From Chrysomallon squamiferum (Eukaryota; Animalia; Mollusca): 64,000 nt of DNA. Position 1 is the first letter of the stretch; every line of letters starts with the position of its first letter. Below are positions 41,151 through 55,733 of the stretch, piece after piece. The position numbers and the translations under genes were made by a program. The notes beneath the pieces were generated by a model. The model was given only the letters and a program-made list of their open reading frames with translations, did no database searches and was not told the DNA's origin. Location of the stretch: the NCBI GenBank assembly GCA_012295275.1, contig CM022665.1, positions 19,654,001 through 19,718,000 of the forward strand, given 5' to 3'.

Positions 41151-41301
41151 ATATATCTCTTGCTATTTAGACTTTGGATTTGTATTGATAAACTGTGGCC
41201 AAGGGGCAAACGTCAGATAATCACGAGATAATGATATCAACTGCATTGTCTGAAATCTGTTTTACTAGAGTGATACTCAAGAAAACAAGTTGGAAAATCA
41301 A

Positions 41302-42034
41302 ATGGAGGTGTACGTTAGCGTGGTGTTAATGTCAGCTGCCATTGCTGCTGACTACCCATTCCGTAATACCTCACTTCCGTGGAAAGAAAGAGTTGATGAC
41401 TTGGTTGGTCGTCTGACCTTGGAAGAGATAAAAGAACAGATGTCCCGTGGAGGAGCAGGGCCTAAGGGTGGACCGGCTCCACCCATCCCTCGACTTGGGA
41501 TTAAACCATATTCGTGGAATACCGAGTGTCTGCGTGGAGACGTAGCTGCCGGAAAGGCGACATCGTTCCCACAAGCTCTAGGTTTAGCAGCATCTTTCAG
41601 GTACAAGCAAATCAAGAACATAACTAAACGTTCAAAAGACAAATCAATAAAAAAAAAAAAAAAAAAAAAAATATATATATAATAAACAATACATACACAT
41701 ACGCAAAACTATTAAACTGTTCTCAAAACAGAACTGCGTGAAAAAGGTTTACATTTAAAAAAAAAAAAAAAAAAATGTCTTACTTTCTTTTTCTTTTGTA
41801 GCCCGTCACTGGTGTTCAGTGTAGCAGAAGCTACAGGTGTAGAAGTTCGTGCTAAATTTAATGACTACGTCAAAAGAGGATTGTATGGAGACCACAGAGG
41901 AATTAGTTGTTTTAGTCCTGTTATCAATATCATGCGAGATCCACGATGGGGCAGAAACCAAGTACTTCGATCTCATAACACGTTTTTTATGTCATTACTG
42001 TCATGAATATTAACGTCATCATGATATCATCATT

Positions 42035-42072
<38 letters not shown>

Positions 42073-42087
42073 TATTATTATTACTGC

Positions 42088-42118
<31 letters not shown>

Positions 42119-42647
42119 TCAATGTTGTTTATGATTTTTGCATTAAACTGTTAAAATAAAACGATGTTTACTTTCCCAGGAAACATATGGAGAGGATCCT
42201 ATCCTCAGCGGAATATTAGCACAAAGTTTCGTAAAGGGACTTCAGGGTGACCACCCAAGATATATCAGGGCCAATGCAGGCTGTAAACATTTCGACGTTC
42301 ACGGAGGACCAGAAAATATTCCAGTTTCTAGATTCTCTTTTGATGCCAAAGTACGTAAGATAAATACAAAAAACAAATGTGTTAACAAATACTAGTATGC
42401 TACTTCTAAAGAAAGAATTCACGAGTCATACTTTAAACGGTAAATTGATCCTTAACTTTGAAACTATTATTTTACACAGTGATATTTATATATGTCTCTG
42501 CTTCAGTAAGTAAACATGAATTTTCTTATCACTAAAACAGTATTCATATATACAGGTGTCTGAACGCGATTGGAGAACGACGTTTTTACCTCAGTTCAAA
42601 GCTTGTGTCGAGGCTGGAACGTATAATCTTATGTGTAGTTACAATAG

Positions 42648-42691
<44 letters not shown>

Positions 42692-43636
42692 AACAGGTAA
42701 TATTTCAGTCCCATGTGTAGCTAACTGCAACACGTTTCAGTTTGATATGTAATTACAACCCATAACGTATTGCGCATAGTTATACCAGTTATCATTTCAT
42801 ATGCAGTTGCAACAGGTAACATTTCTGTATTGTATACAGATATAAAAGATACTATTTTAGTCGCATATATATTTTGTGACAAAGGATATGTCATTACTGT
42901 ATAATACAGTCATAAACCTCATGTCTTGCAAGAACAGGTTATACCATAATCAGACGCCCATAATTTGTTTACAAAAAGTATGCAGAGAAAATGTGTTTAT
43001 ACTCTTAATATTTTCAACATATAGAATAAATGGCGTGCCGTCATGCGCGAATGACCAGCTACTGACGAAAATTTTAAGAGATGAATGGAATTTCAGTGGC
43101 TATGTTGTCAGTGACGAGTCGGCGATAGAAAACATCATCATCCATCATCACTATCTGAAAACGCCTGCAGAAACGGCAGCGGCTTGCATAAAAGCCGGAT
43201 GTAATTTGGAACTCTCACCTAATGCTGCAGATCCTGTATATTTTTCAATGAGTAAATATTATTATATATTAAAATGATTAATAGTTACACGCATTGGACT
43301 ACGCACGCACGGACACATACACATACACACAGGCGCCCATCTAGTTCACACTGATATTTAAGTAAGGAATATTATGACTAATGTAGATGTAGAAACACGA
43401 TTCTTGAATGTGTCACTGCTTTAATATTTTAGTCGAAGGAAAGGTAATTTCTAATCACGAACCGCTCACGGATAAGGGACAGATATATACAGAAGTACGG
43501 GCTATCTCTTTCATTACAAATTTCTTATTGGTCTGTATTTGGGGGAAATGGAATAAAGAACAGTTATGTCCTCTTCAGTTATCTCTTCAGGTAAATGTCA
43601 AGATCGTCCCTGAAAATACTTTTTAGCAACGTGTTT

Positions 43637-43672
<36 letters not shown>

Positions 43673-44210
43673 ACACACACACACACTCACTCACTCACAC
43701 ACACATACAAAGATACAAATAGATATAGACAGATATGTTTAACAGAATTCACAACGAATGAAACACGAGGATGATATGCTGTACTATTCAGCATATACAG
43801 TAAAAATAAGCAAAAGATAAAAATATATATGATGGAAAATTAATAAGTAACAGAATTTACAGTTCCAGTATATGCATATTTTCTTTTGAAACGTATAACA
43901 AAATTTATGGAAAAAGAATAGAAAAGAAAAAAAAAAACAAATAAAACAAAAAAAAAAAAAAAAAAAAAAAAAAACAACACACCACCAAAACCAATGCGTT
44001 TTCAGTGATGTTCCTTACATATTTCAGTCTTTACCTTGATAATTTTTCATAAAACATTCTTTTTAATTTTTGCATCATAGTTACACAGGAAGAAATACTA
44101 GTATCAAATGGTAGATCAGTGTGATTATGGAAATAATTTAAAAGATATTTAATAAAGGTTGACAATGTTTATCATCGTCATAATTATTATTACCATCATC
44201 GTTATTGTTG

Positions 44211-44244
<34 letters not shown>

Positions 44245-45915
44245 GATATAATAGCTGATTTTTTTTCTAACAACAGTTGATGCAATCAAACAAGGCTTAC
44301 TGACTGAAGAGATTGTGAGAGAGAAGGTGAAGCCTCTGTTTTACACAAGGATGAGACTCGGGGAGTTTGATCCTCCAGACAAAAACCCTTACACCAAACT
44401 CGATCTCTCTGTTTTACAGAGTAAAAAACACCGAGAACTCGCTCTTAAGGCAGCCATGAAGACATTTGTTTTATTAAAAAACAAAGACAATTTTCTACCA
44501 CTAAAGAAAATAATTTTTAGTAAAATAGCAGTAAGTATAACAATTGAGGATTTGTAAAATATTTGTCTACTGGAAATAATGGAAATAAATTAAAAGAAAT
44601 TTAAAAGAAAGAAAGAAAGAAAGAAATCCATTACAAAATTTAAATTTTGAGAGAGAAATTAGTAGTAGTAGTAATAGTGGAAGTAATAGTAATAGTATTA
44701 GTAGTAATTGTAATAACAGTAATAGTAGTAACAATAGTAATAATATTAGTACTAATAATAGTAATAGTAATAACAGTAGTAATAGCAATGGTATTAATAA
44801 AGCAGTAGTAATAGCAATGGTATTAGTAATAACAGTAGTAATTACAATAGTAGTAGAAGCAGCAGCAGCGGTCGTTGTTGCTATTGTTGTTGTTGCAGTT
44901 CATTCAGCCACAGATTACTGGTCCCATATCTAACATCATAAACAAACGTCTGGCGATTATTCCCCGACCACTGATTCGACTCTGTTTGTAGTAGTAGTAG
45001 TAGTAGTAGTAGTCACAGGAGTAGTAACAATAGTAATAGTAGTAGTATTTGTAGTTGTTAAATAGTAGTAACAGCAGAACAGTAGTAGCAGCAGCAGCAC
45101 TACTAGTAGTAGCTGTTGTGGTCGTCGTTGTTGTTGTAATGTATACTTTCTTTCAACCACAGATTATTGGTCCCATGGCTAATAACACAGAACAAATGTT
45201 TGGCGATTATTCTCCAACCATCGATTATACTCTGACGACGACGCCATTACAAAGTTTAGGCAAACTTGGTAACAACGTCAACTATGCCGCTGGTTGTGAT
45301 TCCAATGCCTGTACCAAATACCACGAATCAGACATCGAGAAGGCAGTTTCAGGAGTAGAACTCATATTTATATGTCTTGGTACAGGTAAGAAAACACAGT
45401 ATTTAGAGAAAATATGTATTTTAGACAAGTGTAAATAATATTACGTTCAGTAATATTTTTTTTATTTTTTATTTATGTCTACATATTTATAAAAAGAGAA
45501 TTTCTAATATTTATAAATTGTATATAATTGACCAAAAAAAAAAAAAAAAAAAAAAATTACCACATGAAATTTATAATGGAAGAAATGGAATGTATTATGT
45601 TTATGTATCAACGATATGCATTTGTTTTAATCCTGCTAGATTTCCTAGTGTTTTTATTTTTAAAATGGTTTCTTTATTTTTTCTTCTTCTTTTAAATTTC
45701 TTTTTGTGTTATGATTTATATTTTGTGTAAGAGAATGGTTTTTTTATTTTTATTTTTCAAATGCTTGTGTTTGTAGGTCAAATTCTTGAACGAGAAGGGC
45801 ACGATCGAAGCGATTTGGAATGGCCAGGAAAACAACTTCGAGTGATTCAAGATGCTGTAAAATATGGTAAATAATATTTACATAACTAGCTAGCTAGTTA
45901 ACAAAATAATTACAT

Positions 45916-45952
<37 letters not shown>

Positions 45953-46655
45953 AAGAAAACAGGCAATGAATATAAATATTATCTCTCCCTCTCTAGCGAG
46001 AAGTAATGAAAGGGGAGAAAGCTCAGCCATAGACATCATGTCACTTTCTAACAACCAGGTGCCAATTAACTGTCCCGGCAAAAGCAGGGGAAATTATTCA
46101 CGTCTCTCAGCATGAATCAACAGCAGACATGTTCCCTTCACAGGAAAAGACAAAGACATTTTGTTTTCTTTACAATGTACACGGTGACACTAAATACATA
46201 GATATATACATTTTTACTAAAATCATAACTAAAACATGAATTTACGAAACTAAAAGTTTTAATTTTTCAGCCTCTCTTCTGCTATGGGTAGAAAGGTTTT
46301 CAAATGAAAAAAACAGAGTATCAACTCATCGGCTACATCGCTTGATCTCTGATGGTACATATGAGTATGTAAATGTGTTTTCCCTCTTTCATTTACACCA
46401 GGTAAAGGGACACCACTGGTTCTGATTTTATTCAACGCTGGACCCCTAAATTTGACGTGGGCGTATGATAACGATGACGTAACCGCTTTGCTTGAAGTAT
46501 TCTTCCCAGCTCAGGCTGCAGGAGAAGCAATGAGGAGAATTTTTCTCAGTGAACAGAAAGGAGATGTGCCAGCAGGACGACTACCAAACACCTGGCCAAA
46601 ATATATTCAAGACGTTAGTTCACTCTAATTATAACCAAAATTGTTCCCTTTAAGT

Positions 46656-46694
<39 letters not shown>

Positions 46695-47397
46695 TTTTTG
46701 AAAATCTATATTCTTTTATAAAGAAATTTATATAAGTTAATATGTATTTGTCTGTATATATGTATGTATGTGTATATGTATGTATGAGATGTGTGTATGT
46801 ATATGTATGTATGTATGCACGTATGTATGTATGTATGTGTATATATAGGTTGGTAGGTATGTATGTATGTATAGAGGTTGGTAGGCAGGTATGTATGTAT
46901 ATACATAGGTAGGTAGATAGGTTAGAAAGTCATTTCAGTTTCATTTCTCTAACATTAGGTGCCACCCATAATCGATTATACGATGGAAGGCAGAACATAT
47001 CGCTATTTTAAAGGAGATGTTTATTATCCGTTTGGGTTTGGTTTGTCATACACTGTATTCAAATATCATCAGCTGGTCATACCAGCCACACTGACCGCTG
47101 GCCAGGACCTTTCTGGAGAAATAGAAGTTGAAAACATTGACAAATTAGATGCCGACGAGGTAACACACGCACGCACACACACGCACACAAATACCTCACT
47201 CGCGATGTCATAAAATATAAATGGATAGAACTGATTTTTAAAAATGAAAAGATAAAAGTATTTTTGAATTTTTAAATATATTGTGATATTCTTAATTTTC
47301 AATGAGACCACTTTTATCATGATATAACTGAAAATCAGGTACACAATGTGTTTCCAAAACTATTTCTGATTTGTGTCCATAATGACGGTGATCACAT

Positions 47398-47465
<68 letters not shown>

Positions 47466-48264
47466 ACACACTTGAGGTTTCAGTAATTATGGATTTTAAC
47501 ATTTATTAATCAAATAATCTAAATTGTGAATTTGAATTTGTTTGTTTTTTATTTAAGTTTAATGATTTACCTGTGTATATTGTTTAAATTAAAGGTTATA
47601 CAGATCTACGTCTGGTGGTACAAAGCAAGCGTTCCTGTTCCTCGGAGGCAGCTTGTCTACGTTGACCGAGTGATGATTGACAGTGGACAAACTGTAAATT
47701 TAAAGTTCGTTATTCCAGCCGCGAGATTAGCAGTATGGCACGATCAAAAAGGATGGGTTATAGAAGAAGGTATGTAATTCTGGTTAATGGTAGAAGATAT
47801 GTACTTCTGAAGTAGGCGTATGTATCTCTAGAAAACAGTAGAAAGTATATAATCCTGGGCAGTAGAAAGTACATAGTTCTCGGTAACAGAAACCACAAAG
47901 TTCTTGATAATAGAAATTACCTATTTCAGGGTAATGGGAAACATTACACACATCTCTATAATAGTAGAAGATAAGATACATCTGAATAGAAAAAGTATTC
48001 GTTGAATGTGAATTACATGTATATTATAGCTGTCATTAGACATAAAATGTTCAAATTAATTTCTGTCAAAATATAAACATAAAAGTTTAGGCTGGTTGTG
48101 TTTATTATTCTCTGGCGTGTTAAAACATATTTTTTTCTTCTTTTATAGGTAATTACGGTATATCAGGAGGTGGGCAGCAGCCCTTCCAGAAAGTGAAAGT
48201 GAACTCTAATGTGATTATTGGAAAATTTAAAATGATTGGTACAGTGGTTCTTGGGACACGTTAA
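41302..48264 (+). CDS. Glycoside hydrolase family 3, beta-D-xylosidase/arabinofuranosidase-like, predicted secreted, 12 exons, ~739 aa
   Basis: Exons 41302-41600, 41802-41961, 42180-42350, 42556-42647, 43025-43251, 44277-44530, 45163-45385, 45777-45866, 46402-46613, 46959-47159, 47595-47769, 48149-48264. All GT-AG and phase-consistent; total 2220 nt. Signal-peptide-like N terminus. GH3 motifs ATSFPQALGLAASF, RDPRWGRNQETYGEDP, KHF, MCSYN, GYVVSD (nucleophile Asp), EGHDR, GRTYRYF, YPFGFGLSYT and C-terminal GGQQP. AATAAA at 48338. Confidence 0.93.
44901..44984 (+). pseudogene. Degenerate duplicate of the acceptor and 5' part of GH3 exon 7 (pseudo-exon)
   Basis: ttcagccacagattactggtcccat...tggcgattattccccgacca..gatt..actctg parallels ttcaaccacagattattggtcccat...tggcgattattctccaacca..gatt..actctg at 45152-45234. 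It has a 1-nt deletion and an early stop. Confidence 0.8.
47785..47995. repeat. Degenerate minisatellite (~24-bp unit) in the last GH3 intron
   Basis: Recurring (g)tagaaagtacatagttct-like unit. Confidence 0.6.
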
Positions 48265-49375
48265 AAATGTAGACATGACTGTAATAAGTATATAAACTTT
48301 GGATGTCCAATATTAAACACAGATATAAATATATATAAATAAAATAAGATTTACATAGCATCTATTATTTTTTTATAATTTTGATATTTTTGTTTTTCTT
48401 TCATTTAATTTGAAAAAAATGTATAAAAAATTACTAAACGGATAATCTTCCAAATGTTTGTTTTATTTATCTTTTAAAATGTTTTCGACTTATTAGATAT
48501 AATGTACAACAAGAAAATAAGTGTACCTTAGTCTGACCTGGCAAAGGTCAGTAAAATATGGATACAACGGCTGCTACTGACTTTAAAATTAATTTTAAAA
48601 ATTGGTGTAATAATAAATAGTAAATTAGATATATGTTCTAAGGAATATGTTCTAAGAAATGTTCCGAAGAGTCTATCAAATCCTCGAATCGTAAACGGAA
48701 TCTAAAGTTAAGTAATAATTCATCTTTTATCACAATTCATAAATAATTTACTATCTTCGTTTTGCATCTGCGGAGGATGGAATTCATTGGTTTTATCATT
48801 TTTGTATTCTTGAAGCATAAATCATTTTTATTAACAAAGAAACAACACTGACCATGGATACAATTTCTGATGAGCAAGAGACCCAAGATATATAAAAAAT
48901 CCAATTTACATGAATAATTACGTTTTGTAAATATAACCAGGAAATTACCTACATTAATATAATACTTTCATTGCAAACAACAGCTGCAACCGTTTAAGTA
49001 TCATTAACAGAATGCTAAGACAAGAAAAGACAAAGCCATAAAAACTACGAAAGAAGCTATTAAAGTCTATCCTAGCCTACAGTTTCAATGATTCCCCCAG
49101 TTGGGGTTAATTTTATGGGCACAATAACACCTTTAGAACTGTCAGCAAATATATCTTGCTTTAAGCCATCACTGGTAACATCAAGTGAAACGATATTTAC
49201 TACTTACTAAAACACATACGCACAAGGGAAGGTGTATGCATCTCATCTTTTTAAGTTCGTACTGTTTCTTCGAAGTGGATCAACTCTTTTGGATCAGGGT
49301 AGTTCAACAACGTTTTTGATCGATAACACAATATAAAAAGGAGCATGCGTTAACAGTGAACTCGAATTTGAAGTG

Positions 49376-49437
<62 letters not shown>

Positions 49438-50381
49438 GCTTAACAAGCGGAAGTAATAAACAGAAATTAATCTGTATTATAAGCTGTCAAGGTCTGGTGT
49501 TTATAGAGCTGAAAACATATCAAGCGATGATGTTACAATCGATTGGGGAGCACATGCTCACTGATCTGTACTTGGACACCTTGAGATACGTTTAACACCA
49601 AAGGGTTACAAATTTAAGACAAAATGTAAATAATTTCCCAAAGGACCAAACAATGAGAAAGACCTTCAAACAGATAATATGGGGATAACCAAGCTATTAA
49701 AGTTGATTTCTGATGATTTGAAGTTATCGTTTACGTTTGTTCGTATCGACCAGTCCTAGCTAATAATGAAGTATGATAATAAAATGGTACAGATACAAAT
49801 TATTTCGACGTCTTCATTTTCTGCAGTGGTCACATCATCGAGTAGATTTTGTGTCTAGTATTGTCGTAAAATCTATTACATTCCTTGTGCCATTGATTAA
49901 AAGACATTTCAAGACAGTTTGTTTAAACTATAGTTACCTGATTTTCTGAATTTGTGTTTTTATAGTTAGAGACGAAATGCAGTTACGACTGACCGCAGTG
50001 TTCTTCTATAGCAAAGAAGTGAGAAGCAATAGTAGTATGAATAGAACCTGTTTTCTGCGGTTAAAAATGCATGATATGCATGAAATAATCAATCATCAAC
50101 AGGTTTTACAATTAGCATCTAGCGTTGTTTTGTTACCACATCCAGTGATTTTGTCAAGTAAATATAAGTATTTGCTATGTGAACATGATTGGTGTCTGTG
50201 CCCTGTCACAATAAGGCGTCAAAGCAACTAGCACAGCCAGCTTGGTTCTGCCGGTAATTATTGATTTCAGAAATAATACATGCCTCTGTATAAACAATGT
50301 AGTTTGTTACAAAATGAAAATCAAAGCGATGGCAAACAAAGAAGTCGTAAACTTCCAAAAGCAGATCTCTTCATTATAAAA

Positions 50382-50412
<31 letters not shown>

Positions 50413-50645
50413 GTAAAATAAGATAATCGCATACAAAGATGGTGAAAACAGTCATACTAATTATACTGAGATGAGAATCGAACAAAGGTTATAATGAAGG
50501 CTGGCCAGATGACTGTAAAACAACGCAACAACGTCTTACTGGTCACTTTTTTCACGTCGTGTGCCGCTTTATATAAGAAAACAGAAAGGACAAAACAGAA
50601 TCTATGTTATTCTAAGTAGACTTCAAAACTTTTTTTCTTTTTAAA

Positions 50646-50684
<39 letters not shown>

Positions 50685-50819
50685 TTATACATATATATTT
50701 TTTTTTTTTATAAACACTATATATTCTAAAAGTGATATAACTACTATGTATTTACTTACATCAGTCTATCCGACATAACAATAAATGAAAGCAAATAACC
50801 CAAAGAAGAAAAAGCGATT

Positions 50820-51065
50820 AAACATAATTAAGAGTATTGTTATATTTGGTAGGCTTGAGTTGACGTGTGAGAAAATTCACCTCTGTTAAAGAATCAATCC
50901 TTCTTCTGGTAATCTTTGTATCAAGTCACCGGAATCGCAGGCTGCCGCAGATTGATTATACAGCGTCATCTTGGGTGAAACTGATCCACTGATTCTAAAT
51001 TTCTTGACATTCAAGATGTTCAGATATTTAGAAATACGTGACGAGAATCTGTATCAAGAAAGAAG
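50820..51065. repeat. Diverged direct repeat of 55097-55392
   Basis: Colinear shared words: tgagttgac, agaaaattcacctctg, gaatcaat, tgtatcaag.cacc, tcgcag, attgatt, agatatttagaa.tacgtgac.agaat.tgtatc.agaaagaa. Confidence 0.85.
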
Positions 51066-51169
51066 ATAATAAAATGAAAACAGTAGATTTTTTTACAGGT
51101 TGCTTTTACGTTTTGTAACATTTTTTGGCTACTGAAAATTGGTGGGAATAACTTTTGTGTTTTTCTTTA

Positions 51170-51225
<56 letters not shown>

Positions 51226-52157
51226 CAAAATTTTCCTATTCTGAGATCGGTTATCATTTTGCTTACTTGAAACGAAGCGCTGTTAAATAATTATTTTACA
51301 GTCCTGGTCGGGGATCTCCAAACACACATGGATGTCTGATAACAGCAAAAGACGTGGCTGAGCACGTTACCTTGTTTTCGCTAGGTGATTAGAAAATGAT
51401 TTTCAAAATGTATAAGAAACAGTTGCAAAGCTGTTAAAGAGATTTTGATTCTAACCATAACAGCAAAAAGAGAAAATGGTTCATAAAACTGATTAATTAT
51501 TAAATAGGAAAAATTTCACTATTAGTTAAGCTAGAAATAAGCTGATTATATCCAACTGTTCAGCATACATTGTGCTATCAGCAAAAATGTAATAATTAAC
51601 TGATATATATGGATATAACCAGGTTGTTATTTTGAAATTATTTTCCTATTAATCTGTATATTTTCATTCGTACATCAATCACTATTTACAGTAGACATCA
51701 CACAATCAGTGGGAAGCACTTCGCACAGCAAGAGCATCTGTCAAAGCTTGGAGGTCACATGACTATTTCAGATCCTAAATAATTGTTTCAGAACTGGATT
51801 AGAAAAATTAATAAGATCAGACTTTGTTTCCTTAAATGTGCAGCATTCAGTTTCGACCCACAGAGACGCAAAGTAGTCTCGAAAAAAACCCCAAAAACTT
51901 CGCCAACTTTGTTACAAGCTGCGTCAATTTTCTAATTTGTTCATCCAAAAGATAAAAAAAAATAATAATAATGAAATAAAAATAAAATAAAATGAAATGA
52001 GCTTTTAGGTCATGTAAATATAAACTGACCAAGAATTCATTGTTTAAATTATCACACCGATTTTTCGAGTACATTATGGCTATGCTTGACAGATTTTTCC
52101 CCGCATCTGAAATTATTAGTATTTTGTATTATATATTGGGAGTATCTTATTATGTAC

Positions 52158-52209
<52 letters not shown>

Positions 52210-55009
52210 GCTCAGTCGGCTGTATATCAAATAAAGTATCTGTATAGAAAAAATTCGGCTATCAATCTCTGTAAACAAAAAACGACATGTGCTATTAAAT
52301 ATTTATTCTAGCGCCAGAAAGAGGAAAAAAACAAGAAGGTTATATCAAAATTCTGAGATAATTTTATTTGAATTTACAAATCACGGCTGGAGATTTATTA
52401 TCTGTTGTACATACTGAAGACAAAATGGACGATTTATGACATTAATTTACCACAAAACATTAATCTAACAGCTGAAAAAATGCTACAGCAGAGAACAGAA
52501 AGATTTTCTGCATACAGATTAACCTGTTACTACGATCAAATAAGCTATTTGCAGCTAAACTTACTTTATTTCTTAGGAGCTAAATTATATATATCCAAAC
52601 AAGGCAAAAGAAAATAACCATAAAGATAAATATATGAAACAATATACTGTTTGGATGTTTCTTTTCTTACATTTTAAATCATACCGTAATTATAAAATTA
52701 AAAAAACAAAAAAATTAAAAATAAATAAATAAATTCTTAGCATTCATTTTTGAACAACTTTCTGTATTATGTATATTTCATACTGTATTGTATAATAATA
52801 ACCTAATTATTCCTTTAAAAATACAGCAAAATTTTCATTCAGTGAAATATCTCTAGATGTTGGAAATTTTCTACTATTTAACGCGGTTTATTATTGTTAT
52901 CAGACGAGCTGATAGTTTGTCTTTTGTGAAAAGTCGAAAGTGCAGCAACATACAACTAAGTTTTAATAACATCATCAAACTAAGTGAAATGCGAGATAAC
53001 AGGAGTAAACAAGATCAGAGCCCGAGAAATTGGTACTCATGGGATTTGGATATTCGTGACGGAAGAGTAATCGAGGTTGAATAGACAAATAAATCATCAA
53101 GGGAAACATTCAGACGGTGGAAATGCTGTCACAGTTCTGGTTTGTGAAAACAGCAGAACACATTTATACATTTTTTTGGGGGTTTTGTGTGTTTTTTTTA
53201 AGTGGGGTTGATTTATTTTGTTTGTGGTGAGGCTACAAAATAATTTGTTGATTTTGTAATTTTAAAATGATAGGAGAAAGGTAAAAGGTAAAAAAGAAAT
53301 GGTAACGGAAATAACGCACCTGGACAAATGGCACCTGAAAAATGTTTTTTTTTATTGCTTATTGACATTTAGTTATTGGTAGTAGGTGAAGTCCTGCTTA
53401 CAAAAACAATTCATAATTGCACAAAAAAAAAAAACAATAAAAACAAGTGCATGAATAATATTTGAGATAATGATTTAATGTCAGAAATAATATATTTCGC
53501 AGCTAATATTATATTTAACAATTGTTGACAGTTCATAATTAAATGGTCAATACACCAAAAACAACCCCCCCCCAAATACAAATACATACATACATACATA
53601 CATACATACATGCATACATACATACATATTATGCTATATTCTGGAGGATATTTTAACTATGATATGCATATTAGCATCTATGTACGCATGCAAGCATACA
53701 TGTATGTGTGTATGTGTGTACTTATGTATATATATAAGGATCTGGTCACAACATCCGGTGGAAACATCTGATATAATATTGTGCTTTGTTAAGAATACCG
53801 AATTAAAATACAGCAAGAAAATATATTAGGAATCGTACCATCAAAATATTACTAATTACAAGAATCTAGCATGGTTTATTACTTTCAAATTTTAATACTT
53901 TCCTCCACTTATTTTGCTTGTTTATACTGAATATAAATGGATCAACAAAAGTTATTTCAGAAAAAAGTAATATTCATCTTCTGCGTATTTCCATGACACT
54001 TTTAAAAATGGTTAAGTGTAGAATTAGTGCGATTAAATATAAAATCCTGTAATAAGCGCAGTACACCAATCTTTCAACGATATTCTAAGATAGTATTCTT
54101 TAAGAGCTTATAAATATTATAGTTGGAAGAAGTTTTTAATATCTCTCTATTCTGAAAGATAATAATCGGTTAAATATTTTTGAAGCACTCGGACATTCTA
54201 ACACTGGTATCATCATACAGGTATTTCAGATATAATTACTGGTTTCGAAACGTTTCGCCAGTGTTTCACTTTTCTTATTTTTCTACATATAAAAGAAGAC
54301 TTTCAAATTTAAAGCACTACGTTCATTTACTTCGCTTAAACATTCCAAATCCGTTAACAGAAGAAATTCATATAACTTCTGAACGTCATGAGCATAGTAT
54401 GAAACCCCATACTTCACTACCATAATTCAATACACAATAGTCATAAATATGGAAGACCTACAACTTTATTTCCTTACTTAAACATAACGTATTACATAAT
54501 CACAGATCTCTGATAGGATCTAGGTGGACCTCTCTCTATTCCTTATACAAACGTGTACATTTTTAAAAAGAGATTTCCCGTGGTCTATCGTTTTTTATAA
54601 CAGAAACGGTTTACAAATGTCAGCTTCTTGTATTTGTTTAAATCCCCTACGTTTTCATGTTGTTTAAACTACCCCTCTTCCAAATCGCTGGAGTTACATT
54701 TGTAAGGAGGTACGACTATGCTATGATTTGATGTTGATTGGCGATTATGGAAATTCAAACATTTCAGCGTCAAAATTAATAGAACGTGATCGGACCACGT
54801 TTAGATAGCAAACACACGTATATTAGAAAATAATATAATTTTGTCTTTAAACACCTGATAAAAATCAATAACATTTGTCCTAAATGACTATTCGAATTTA
54901 CATTACCCGAAATGCGACTTATAATGATAAATAAATAAGTAAATAAATAAATTACTAAATAAAATGTAATAACAATAATAATGATAATAGTATTAATAGT
55001 AGTAGTAGC

Positions 55010-55066
<57 letters not shown>

Positions 55067-55657
55067 AATAAAAAATAATAACTGAAATAAAAGTAATTAA
55101 ACCATATACTAATATTGTTTGGGTTTTGGCAGACGTATATAATGCTTTTCTGAACGTGAGTTGACTTGTGAGCTGTGAATTAGAAAATTCACCTCTGATT
55201 CAATCAACGAATCAATAAGTCTTGTGATAATTTCTGTATCAAGGCACCAGAGTCGCAGTCAGCCTCATATTGATTGTTTAGTGTAATCTAGGGAAAAATC
55301 GGTCCACCCACTCTGAATTTCCTGTTTAACAGTCTCTGTAAAATGTCGAGATATTTAGAAGTACGTGACCAGAATGTGTATCGAGAAAGAAAATACGAAG
55401 ATGATTACTGTAAATCTTTCGTTTTCGTTCTAGTATGTGAAATATATGGACTGTCAAAACGAGAGCGTCATTCTCGGTTTCATTATTATCAAAACTACCG
55501 AGATCTTTGTAGTGGTATACCATTCTCTAGAATGAAACTCAAAAATAATTGTTTATCAAATATTTCTTTGAAAATTTAGAACAAGGAATTAAAAATTAAC
55601 CACTCGATAGAGTATAAAATATTTTGTTTTAAGAAAGTGACAAAAAAAAAAAAAAAA

Positions 55658-55733
<76 letters not shown>

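Noticed and set aside
49900-50300. Possible further GPCR relic on the plus strand
   Set aside because: Similarity to the 14.6-kb relic or to the CDS is too weak to support by eye.
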